From Scyliorhinus canicula (Eukaryota): a DNA stretch of 64,000 nucleotides. Under the pieces are notes generated by a model that did no database searches, was not told the origin of the DNA, and saw only the letters and a list, made by a program, of their open reading frames with translations. Location of the stretch: contig NC_052159.1 in NCBI RefSeq assembly GCF_902713615.1, positions 85,598,520-85,662,519 of the forward strand, given 5' to 3'. Positions 38,200-49,557 of the stretch are shown piece after piece (position 1 is the stretch's first letter; each line of letters begins with the position of its first letter). A program made the translations under genes and the position numbers.

Positions 38200-39100
38200 A
38201 ATAATTTGATACTGAATCATGTACGGCAATAATTAGGACAAATTGCCAAAAGGTTAGTGGCAGAAGTAGATTTTAAGAAATGTTTAAAGGAAGAAAGTAA
38301 AGTCGAGAAGTGAACAGAGATAATGAGGGAAAAGCTTGGGGCCTGGGCAACTGTAGGCACTGCCACCAAGGGTGAAGCGATTAAAACTGGGAATGCTTAA
38401 GAGGCCAGAATTAGATGAACACAGATACCTTGGAGTGTCATGATGCTGGAGGAAATTATAGAGATGAGGGGTGAGACCATGGAAGGATTTGAAAACAAAG
38501 ATTAGAATTTTGAAATAGAGACATTCCCCAGCTCCGGAACCAGTGTAGGCCAGTGAGCCCAGGGTTAATGGATGAACTGGACCTGAAGAGTAAGGACACA
38601 AAAAGCAGAATATAGGATTACCTCAAGTTTACCAAAGGCAGAATGTCGGAGGCTGAACAGAACTCTGTTGCAATTGTCAATTCTGGAGGCAACAAAGGCA
38701 TAGGTGAAAGTTTCAGAAGCAGATGAGCTAAGGTGGGGGCAGAGTTAGGTGATGTTATGGAGATGGAAGTAGGCTGTTTTAGTTATGAAGCAGATGTGGT
38801 TGGAAGCTCATATCAGAGTCAGATATTGACATCAAGGTTTCAAACAGTCTAGCTCAGCTTTAGACAGCTCACAAGGAGAGGAATGGAGTCAGTAGTTAGG
38901 AAATGGAATTTGTAGTGGGGACCAAAGACGATGGCTTTGGTCTTCCCAACATTTTGTTGAGGGAATTTCTGCTCATTCCATGCTAATGTCAGATGAGCAA
39001 TCTGGTAATTTAGCAACAGTGGAGGAATTGTGAGGCGGCAGGTAGTGAGGTAGAGCTGTATGTTGTTAGTTTTCATGTGAAAACTAACAGTAAAATGAGG
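38200..39100 (-). mobile_element. Decayed L2-clade LINE 3' fragment
   Basis: FKILIFVFKSFHGLTP (38284-38601) and NVGKTKAIVFGP (38849-39076). Confidence 0.75.
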
Positions 39101-39709
39101 GTCCCCAATTTATTCAGACTGTGCTATTTAAAGTAATATTCTTAAAATGTATAACTTTAATTTGTTACATGATGCAATCTCAATTTCTCAGTTGTGAACT
39201 GCAACAATTAGGTTGTAGTTACCTTGAACAATTCTGAGCATCACCTGGTTGCACGTGTGAGGCTGGACCCAGAAATATGAGAACAATTATTAAATTATAT
39301 TGTATCCTACTCTTTCCAAAATGTGTGCAATTTTATCAGGCTTCTTTAAAATCAATAATTACAGCCAAGTGAAAATGATCCCATTCTTTTTCTGTTGAAT
39401 TAAGTTAAAATTCTAATAATTATGTCAGATAGTCTATAAAGAACCAGCTTCGCTATTGAGTGTAGTAGTAACAAAGGCTAGGACTTTCTGGTCCTACCCG
39501 CCATGGCAATCGTCACTGGTGGGATGGAAATTTTGACGGAAGTTTGTTGCTTCAGCAATAAATTAAAATGAGGAAGCCTTTCATCAAACTTCAAAATCCC
39601 AAACAGGTTTTCATTAGAAACAATGCAAGAATATGAAAGGATGTTTAATATTTTTATGGTTTTATTCAGCAAACCATTAATGCCAATATGTATGAGTCAA
39701 AAGATTCTT

Positions 39710-42700
39710 TTTTAAAAAATATTTTTATTCTCCTCCTTTTTCACATTTTCTCCCAAATTTACACCCAACCACAAACAACAACCAGTAACGAGTGTAATGT
39801 AAATACCCACATCAATAACAACGGTTCTATCCTCCCACCAAACCCCCAAACATTAGCCCGCATGTTAACAATAAACAAATGACAAAAAGGAATCAGTAAT
39901 CACACATAGTCACCATCAACACATACAGTCCCCCTCCCCCCAACCCTCCCAGCCCCGCACCATGTGCTATGTAATCCAATTCTCGAAAGTGCATAATGAA
40001 TAACGCCCATGAATTGTAGAACCCCTCCATCCTATTATGGGAGTGGCATTTTCAGAACTCCAAAATGTATCATGGAGTTTAACCAATCTCTCCCTTTAAT
40101 GTATTGTTGCTTTTGAAGCACATGGGTTGGTCTCCAGGTGTGGTATTACAATTATGGACACGTGGGTTTTTAAACACAAACAATGTTTATTCCTTGAATT
40201 CAACTTAACCTTTTCAAATAAACATTGGATCACTTACCACCCCTTATTTCAAAGATAACCCCGAAAATAAACACTAAATAATCCCTCAAAATGTTCCTTC
40301 AAACCTCCAAAAGACTTAACACCTTTAAACAGAAACACATCAGGTTAAATCACCCAAATGATTCAGAGATAGTCTTTCCTGCCAGAGATCACCGCAGATC
40401 CAGCTCACTGCAAACACAGACACACCCAAGCTCTTTTTCTCAAAACTGAAACCAAAAACAGCTCACAGCAAACCAGTTAGGCACTTTTCAACTGCTCTCT
40501 CAAACTGAAAACAAAAGCAGAAGTGAACTCAGCTCCCCCACCCTCTGACATCACTTCAGTAATATGAGCTGCTGCATTTCTTAAAGATACATTGCTTAAA
40601 CATCCATTTCTTAAAGGTACTCTCACATGACACCTCCCCCAAGAAAAACAAAATAAATCATCAACTTCAAGATGGTTTCATTTTTCACTTTTGCACCATC
40701 CACTAAGAAATGTACACAGTAAATATACTTTTTCGTTTCACAAAAAAAAACACACGCAAACAGGCATAATAATAAAGTCCATCTTTCCCGTTCTTCTTCC
40801 TCCAACCGAAATCCTTCTCGATTGACGGTCTCTTTGAACAAGAAAGTCAATACATGATCCATCAATTCCTCCATGCCTCGGCAATTCTCTTTAAAGTTAG
40901 ATACTTCAGTTCAATCTGATCACAGAGTCCCTTGCAATTCTCCAATACAGGAGCATTGGTGATCACAGCTTTCAGGCAGTCACATGCCTGTTGAAAGTCC
41001 GCTGTCCATTGAAATTTTTGGAAGTTTCTTTAGCAAGTCCATCAGTGGAGTAATCACGCCACAAAACTTTTGCACAAATGTTCGATCAAATCCACTCATG
41101 CTAAGAAATCGCATTATTTCCCTTCGTCTTGAGAGTATCGAAAACTCCTCAAGGAAAGTGATTTGGGCTTCTCCAAATTCACTTTCGGCTAGGTTCATCA
41201 CCAAACCCGCCTCCTGAAGTCGATCGAAGAACTCCATACGATGTTTTAAATGTTCTTTCCACGTCTGGAAGTTGGAAATAAAAGCAGATTGTCCCACTTT
41301 CTCAATGCAATCCTTCAAAAGTGGGATAGGATAAGAGTCTGTTCTTGTAACTGCATTCACCTTTCTATAGTCCACACACAACCGTTGGGTACCATCTGGT
41401 TTAGGTACCATCACTATGGGTGATCTCCATTGGCTGCAACCCACTTCAATTATGCCACTTCTCAGCATACTCTCAATCTCTCTGTTAACCTGTGCCAATT
41501 TTAAAGGATTAAGTCTATATGGATGTTGTTTGATAGGAACAGCATTTCCCACATCTACATCATGTATAGCCATTTTAGTACTTCCCAATTTATCTCTACA
41601 AACTTGCCCATGTGATATCAATAACTTTTTCAGGTCAGTTTGTTTTTCGTCTGGAAAGTAACTTAACAATTCATCCCAATTTTTAAGAACATCCTCATTT
41701 TCCAATATAATTTGAAGTATGTCAAATTCACAGTCATCCGGATTTGGTTCGTCACTTTGAGTTAGAATCATTTATACTTCCTTTTTCTCTCCTTCCCTTT
41801 CAAAGTACCTTTTAAGCATATTCACATGACACACTCAGTGAGTCTTCCTTCTATCTGGTGTTTTTACCACATAATTCACCTCACTTAATTTCCTTTCAAT
41901 CTGATACGGTCCACAAACCTAGCTTTTAAAGGCTCACCTACCACTGGTAACAATACTAAAACTTTATCCCCACTGACAAAACTACGAACTTTGGATTTCA
42001 TGTCCGCTACCCGTTTCATCACATTTTGTGCAACTTTCAAATGTTGTCTAGCCAATTCACCTGCTCTATTTAATCGTTCCCTAAAATTTGACACGTAATC
42101 CAATAGTGTAATTTCCGATTTCTCACCCACCAATTTTTCCTTATCAATTTAAGTGGTCTCTTACCTCATGACCAAAAATGAGTTCAAAAGGACTAAATTT
42201 GGCGTACTCATTCGGTGTATCCCTAATTGCAAACAATACGAATGGAATTCCTTTATCCCAATCCTCTGGATAATCTTGACAATACGCCCTCAACATTGTC
42301 TTTAATGTCTGATGCCACCTTTCTAATGCTCCCTGCGATTCTGGATGATACGCAGTTGATTTAAATTGTTTTATTCCTAAGCTATACATAACTTCTTTGA
42401 ATAACTTTGAAGTAAAATTCGATCCTTGATCCGATTGGATTTCTGTGGGTAGTCCATATCTAGTAAAGAATTTAAGTAACTCCTCCACAATCCGTTTAGC
42501 TGTAATATTACATACTGAAATGGCCTCTGGAACCCTAGTAGACACATCCATTATAGTCAAAAGATATTGATTCCCACTTTTTGTTTTCGGACATTCCCAC
42601 CAAACCCCCAAACATTAGCCCGCATGTTAACATAAACAAATGACAAAAAGGAATCAGTAATCACACATAGTCACCATTAACACAAACAGTTCCCCCACCC

Positions 42701-43963
42701 CCAACCCTCCCAGCACCGCACTATGTTCGATGTTTTCCAATTCTCGAAAGTGCAAAATGAATAACGCCCATGAATTGTAGAACCCCTCCAGCCTATCCCT
42801 CAGTTCAAATTTGACCTTCTCAAGAACCAAGAATTCCAGCAGGTATCCCCGCCATGCCAGGGCACAGGGTGGAGATGTTGATTTCCACCCTAACAGGATC
42901 CGCCTTCGGGCGATCAACGAGATGAAAGCTACAACATCTGCCTCTGCACCCGTTTCCAACCCTGGCTGGTCCGACACCCCGAATATGGCCTCCCGAGGGA
43001 GCGAGTCCAGTTTCACGTGCGCCACTTTCGGGATTACCGGAAAAATCTCCTTCCAGTAATCCTCCAGCTTTGGACAGGACCAAAATATATGAACATGGTT
43101 TGCGAGCCTCCCCCGCAACGTTCACACACATCTTCTACCCCCTCAAAGAGCCGGCTCATCCTCGCCCTTGTGAGGTGCGCACTATATACCACCTTCAGCT
43201 GTATCAGCCCCAACCTCGCGCATGAAGTGGAGGCGCTCACTCTCCGGAGCACCTCACACCCAAACCCCTCCTCCATACCCTCTCCCAACTCTTCCTCCCA
43301 CTTTGCCTGGATCCCTTCCAGTGGTGCCTTCTCCTCTTACAAAATAGCCCCATAAACCGCAGATACTACACCCTTCTCCAGTCCCCCTATCATCAGCACC
43401 TCCTTCAGCAATGTGGAAGCTGGCTGTACTGGGAAGCTCTGTATCTCCTTTCTGGCAAAGTCTCGTACCTGCATGGACCTAAATATTTCCCCCTGCTCCA
43501 GCCCATACTTCGTTCCCAGCTCCTTTAATCCTGCACACCTACCCCCAAGAAACAAATCTTTTAGTGTCCTAATTCCTTTCTCCTCCCAGCTCCAAAAATT
43601 TCCATCCCACTTCCCTGGCTCAAATCTATGGTTCCCCTGAATCGGCATTTCCCTTGACCCTGCCCCCCAACCCAAAGACCTGCCAAAACTGCCTCCAAGT
43701 TCTCAATAAAGCTATTACTACCAGACTCCCTGAGTATCTCCCCGGGGCCATAGGGAGCGGAGCTGTTGCTAGTGCTTTCAACCCCTGCACAAACTCTCTT
43801 CCATTCTCACCCACTGGAAATCAACCCCTCTGACCCAGCTTCGCACCTTCGCCACATTCACTGTCCAGTAATAATATATCAGGTTCAGAAGATCCAACCC
43901 CCTGGCTGCCTTCCTCTCTGTAGTAGCTTCTTTTTAATTCTGGCGCACCTTTCTAATTCTGGC
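39710..43963 (-). mobile_element. 5'-truncated L1/Tx1-clade LINE (39710-40032 and 42595-43963) enclosing half of a Gypsy element
   Basis: ORF2 C-terminus (CERC..NHVHIFWSC, 42654-43288) and 16-bp TSD gagtcaaa(a/t)gattctt at 39694-709 and 43964-979. Confidence 0.85.
40033..42594 (-). mobile_element. Gmr1-like Gypsy 3' half: integrase, then RT, PPT and 3' LTR
   Basis: Integrase core IQSDQGSNF..YHPESQGALERWH (42144-42611) lies upstream of RT PIKQHPYR..RLCVDYRKVN (40980-41771). PPT gggggagg. LTR 40033-40632. Confidence 0.9.
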
Positions 43964-44294
43964 GAGTCAAATGATTCTTGATAAGTTTTTTTTGTATGTA
44001 TGTTGAGACTCTAAAAGGGACAATTGTTTTGTGGACTACCTTAACCTGGTAAAAACAGCCAATTTTGCATTTGACCTTTCCCCCAATAGTTTTGAAACTG
44101 CACCCTTTCATAATGTTGCATGTGAGAGATACTTAGTGGTATAAAATGAGGCATCTGGATGGGCACATGAATAGAGAGGAATTAGAGTGATACGGACCGA
44201 GTAAGGGCAGAGGTTTTTTTTCGTTAGGGCATCATGATTGCAAAGGCTTGGAGGGCCAAAGGGCCTGTTCCTGTACTATACTTTTCTTTATTTT

Positions 44295-44503
44295 TTGAAA
44301 TAGGAAGGGCTTTCTGTATCCTACCCTTCAATCAACACTATAAAACAGCTTAACATGACATTAGTCTCTGTTTATGAGATCTTGCTGTGTCTAGATTGTG
44401 TGACTACAAAAGCAGTGGCTACACATCAAAATTAGTTGGGTGAGAGCATCTTTGGACATGCTAAGGATGTGAAAAGTGCTATAGAAATACAAGTTCTATC
44501 TTT
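44295..44503 (+). mobile_element. DeuSINE 3' half
   Basis: 3' end aaaagtgctatagaaatacaagttct. Confidence 0.6.
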
Positions 44504-44722
44504 AAAAAAAAAAAATTTAGAGTAATATTTTCCAATTAAGGGGCAATTTAGCATGACCAATCCGCCTGGCCTGCACATCTTTTGGGTTGTGGGGGCGAAA
44601 CCCACGCAAACACAGGGAGAATGTGTAAACTCCAGACGGACAGTGACCCAGAGCCGGGATCGAACCTGGGACCTCGGCGCCGTGAGGCAGTAGGGCTAAC
44701 CCACTGCGCCACTGTGCTGCCC
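44504..44722 (-). mobile_element. Short-tail V-SINE
   Basis: TSD caagttctatcttt. Confidence 0.9.
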
Positions 44723-44802
44723 TCAAGTTCTATCTTTTAACCAGGCCAATGTGTACTCTAGTTGAAATATAATTGTGTGTTATGCTATGCATTTTGGGGT
44801 AA

Positions 44803-45110
44803 AACGGTGGCTCAGTAAGTAGCACTGCTGCCTCGCAGCGCCAGGGACCCGGGTTTGATTCCGACCTCGGGTAACTGTGTGGAGTTTGCACTTTCTCCCC
44901 ATGTCTATGTGGGTTTCCTCCGGTTGCTCCGGTTTCCTCCCACAGTCCAAAGATGTGCAGGTTAGGTGGATTGGCCTTGCTAAATTGACCCTTAGGATGA
45001 GATTGCAGGAATAGGATAGGGGATTGGGCCTAGGCAGTGTGATGGTACAAAGCGTTGGTGTAGACATGATGGGCCGAATGGCCTCCTTCTGCACTGTCGG
45101 GATTCTGAGT
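44803..45110 (+). mobile_element. HE1-like V-SINE
   Basis: Head, V-domain and CR1-type tail. Confidence 0.85.
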
Positions 45111-46099
45111 GAATGAATAAAAATGCTTAAAACCAATTAACATAAAGTTCTTATTTGTGTAGTGGTGGTGCATTGTATGAAAAAAACGCTATAGCTCGGG
45201 TAATACAAGTCCAGGTTTATCAAGTTAATTTATAGATCCATGTTATAGCTCCTGGAAACAGTTAATCAACTGTAGCTAGTTTAAACTGGTATTCACTTAC
45301 TGTTATGTTTGACGACATTTGCCACCTCAACTTAATTTTGTTCACCTTTATGTTATTTGGCAGAACAGACGTGAATTGTTTTCCCTGCTGTAGGACGCGC
45401 AGTGCGATGCAAGGGAAGCAGATAAAGCTGTTTCCTTGTTATTGTTGGTGAATTGCAGGGGTAGCTGCAGTGGTGTTGTGCCGATGGGAGGCAGCTCAAC
45501 AAAGTTGTTCATGCTAATAATGAAATTTGTGAATTGACACACATTTTCTTTCTTTTAGCTTTGGCCTTGAAGATTTCATTGAAATCAATGTCAGATATAA
45601 GAGGGTTGTGCGTTTTCACACAACTGGTTTAGCCAGTGAGTAGCTCAGCTGCAGAGACCAGAAAAAATTACAAGTCTGATCTCCAGTCTGTGCAGGATGT
45701 CAGTAATGATACAAAAATTTCCTCGGCACCCCTGGTTAAGAAGTGGAAAATTGACCTGCATTCCTGATTCCCTGGTTCCTATCTAACACTGGAAGCGCAT
45801 GTCTGGTTACTAGATGCTGTGGTTCTTTGCCCCCAACCTTCCCCAACACCCTTCATTTGTAGTGAACATTCATATCCAGAGAATCACTTAGAAGAAAAGT
45901 GTATGATGCCCATTAAATATATCGCAATGATAAGTCGATATCCTTAGGATAAGAGAATAGGGGGAGGTGGTGGCATAGTGGTATTGTCACTGGACCAATA
46001 ATCCAGATATAAGAGGTTTGTGTGTTTTCACACAACTGGTTTAGCCAGTGAGTAGCTCAGCTACAGAGACCAGAAAAAATTACAAGTCTGATCTCCAGT

Positions 46100-47055
46100 G
46101 TACTCTACTCCCTGTACATACACGACTGCATGGCAAAACTTGGTTCCAACTCCATCTACAAGGTTGCTGACGATATGACCATAGTGGGCCGGATCTCGAA
46201 TAACAATGAGTCAGAATACAGGAGGGAGATAGAGAACCTAGTGGAGTGGTGTAACGACAACAATCTCTCCCTCAATGCTGGCAAAACTAAAGAGCTGGTC
46301 ATTGACTTCAAGAAGCAAAGTACTGTACACACCCCTGTCAGCATCAACGGGACCGAGGTGGAGATGGTTAGCAGTTTCAAATTCCTAGGGGTGCACATTT
46401 CCAAAACTCTGTCCTGGTCCACCCACGTCGACGCTCTCGCCAAGAAAGCACAACAGCGCCTATACTTCCTCAGGAAACTAAGGAAATTCGGCATGTCCAC
46501 ATTAACCCTTACAACTTTTACAGATGCACCATAAAAGCATCCTATCTGGCTGCATCACAGCCTGGTATGGCAACTGCTCGGCCCAGGACCGCAAGAAACT
46601 TCAGAGTCGTGAATACCGCCCAGTCCATCACACAAACCTGCCTCCCATTTATTGACTCCATCTACACCTCCCACTGCCTGGGGAAAGCGGGCAGCATAAT
46701 CAAAGATCCTTCCCACCCAGCTTACTCACTCTTCCAACTTCTTCCATCGGGCAGGAGATACAGAAGTCTGAGAACACGCACGAACAGACTCAAAAACAGC
46801 TTCTTCCCCACTGTTACCAGACTCCTAAATGACCCTCTTATGGACTGACCTCATTAACATTACACCCTGTATGCTTCATCCGATGCCAGTGCTCATGTAG
46901 TTACATTGTATATCTTGTGTTGCCCTATTATGTATTTTCTTTTCTTCCCTTTTCTTCCCATGTACTTAATGATCTGGTGAGCTGCTTGCAGAAAAATACT
47001 TTTCACTGTACCTTGGTACACGTGACAATAAACAAATCTAATCCAATCCAATCCA
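46100..47055 (+). mobile_element. 5'-truncated Rex1/Babar-clade LINE
   Basis: ORFs 46130-46848 (KTKELVIDFKK..KKAQQRLYFLRKL), (aatcc)n tail and target repeat aatccaga. Confidence 0.88.
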
Positions 47056-48947
47056 GAGATCCAGGATAATGATCTGGCAACCCGGGTTTAAATCCCACCA
47101 CGGCAGTTGGTGGAATTTAAACTCAATAAAAATATAGGGAAAAGAAAATCGAATGATAACCGTGAAACCATTGTCAATTGTTGTAAAAACCCATCTGGTT
47201 CACTAAGTTTTTTACTTGGTCCGACCTACATGTGACTCCAGACCCACAGCAAAGTGGTTGACTCTTAAATATCCTCTAAAATGGCCTAGCAAGCCACTCA
47301 GTTGTATTAAACCGCTATAAAAACACAAAATAGAACTGAAACTGAACGGACCACCCGGCATTGAACCAGACACTGGAAATGGCAACGGTAACCCCAGCCC
47401 TGTCTACCCTGCAAAGTCCTCCTTACTAACATCTGGGGGCTTGTGCCAACGTTGTGAGAGCTATCTCAGACTAGTTAAGTAACAGCCTGACATAGTCATA
47501 CTCACAGAATTATACCTTTCCGACAATATCCCAGAAAGCACGATTACCATTCCTGGATATGTCCTGTCTCACCGGCAGGACAGACCAAGCAGAGATGGTG
47601 GCACAGTGGTATACAGTTGGGAGGGAGTTGCCCTGGGAGTCCTCAACATCGACTCTGGACCCTATGAAGTCTCATGACTTCAGGTTAAACGTGGGCAAGG
47701 AAACTTCCTGCTGACTACCACATACCGGCCACCATCAGCTGATGAATCAGTACTTCTCCATGTTGAACACCATTTGGTGGAAGTACTGAGGGTGGCAAGA
47801 ATGCAGAATATGATTTGTGTGGGGGACTTCAATGTCCATCACCAAGAGTGGCTCGCTAATACCACCTAAATAACATTGCTGCTAGACTGGGTCTGCAACA
47901 GGTGGTGAGGGAACCAACAGGAGGGAAAAACATACTTGATTTCATCCTTACCAATTTGCTTGCTGCCGATGCTTCTGTCCATGACCATATCGGTAGAAAT
48001 GACCACTGCACTGACCTTGTGGAGACAAAGTCCCGTCTTCCCATTGAGGATACCCTTCATCGTGTTGTGTGGCTCTACCACCGTGACAAATGGGATGGAC
48101 TTCAAACAGATCTAGCAACTCAAGACTGGGCATCCATGAGGCGCTGTGGGCCATCAGCAGCAGCAAAATTGTATTCAACCACAATATGCAATCTCATGGT
48201 CTGGCATATCCCCCACTCTACAATTACCACCAAGCCAGGGAATCAACCCTGGTTAAATAACGAGTGCAGAAGAGCATGCCAGGAGCAACACCAGGCATAG
48301 CGAAAAATGAGGTGTCAACTTGATGAAGCTACAACGCAGGACTACTTGTGTGCCAAACAGCATAAGCAGCAAGTAATAGACAGAGCTAACCGATTCCACA
48401 ACCAACGCATCAGATCTAGGGTCTGTCATTCTGCCACAACCAACCATGAATGGTGGTGGACTATTAAACAACTCACTGGAGGAGGAGGCTCCACAAATAA
48501 CCCCATCCTCAATGATGGAGGAGCCCAGTATGTGCATAAGACAAGGCTGAAGCATTCACACCAATCTTCAGCCGGAATGCTGAGTGGATGATCATCTTTG
48601 ACTCCTCCAGAAGTCGTCAGCATCACAGATGTCAGTCTTCAGCCAATACGATTCACTCCACGTGATGTCAAGAAACAGCTGAAGGCACTGGATACTGCAA
48701 AGGTTATGGGTCCTGATGACAATCCGGCAATAATACTGAATACTTGTGCTCCAGAACTTGCCACACTCCTAGCCAAGCTGTTCCATTACAGCTGCAACAC
48801 TGGCATCTACCCGGCAATGTGGAAAAATGCCCAGGTGTGTCCTGTACACAAGAAACAGGACAAATCCAACCCACCAATTACTGCCCTATTAGTCTACTCT
48901 CCATCATCAGCAAAGTGATGGAAGGATTTATCAACAGTACTTTCAAG

Positions 48948-49557
48948 GGCAGCACGGTGGCCTAGTGGTTAGCACAACCGCCTCACGGCGCTGAGGTCCC
49001 AGGTTCGATCCCGGCTCTGGGCCACTGTAGAATATAGAACAGTACAGCACAGAACAGGCCCTTCGGCCCTCGATGTTGTGCCGAGCAATGATCACCCTAC
49101 TTAAAACCACGTAACCCGTATACCCGTAACCCAACAATCCCCCCATTAACCTTACACTACGGGCAATTTAGCATGGCCAATCCACCTAACCCGCACATCT
49201 TTGGACTGTGGGAGGAAACCGGAGCACCCGGAGGAAACCCACGCACACACGGGGAGGACGTGCAGACTCCGCACAGACAGTGACCCAGCCGGGAATTGAA
49301 CCTGGGACCCTGGAGCTGTGAAGCATGCTACCGTGAGGCCCTATTAGTCTACTCTCCATCATCAGCAAAGTGATGGAAGGATTTATCAACAGTACTTTCA
49401 AGGACTGTCCGTGTGGAGTTTGCACATTCTCCCCGTGTCTGCGTGGGTTTCGCCCCCACAACCCAAAAATGTGCAGAGTAGGTTGATTGGCCACGCTAAA
49501 TTGCCCCTTAATTGGAAAAAATAATTGGGTAATCTAAAATAAAAAAATAAATAAAAA
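48948..49557 (+). mobile_element. Short-tail V-SINE split by an antisense HE1-like SINE (49028-49335)
   Basis: TSD aacagtactttcaag (48933-47, 49558-72). Confidence 0.88.
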
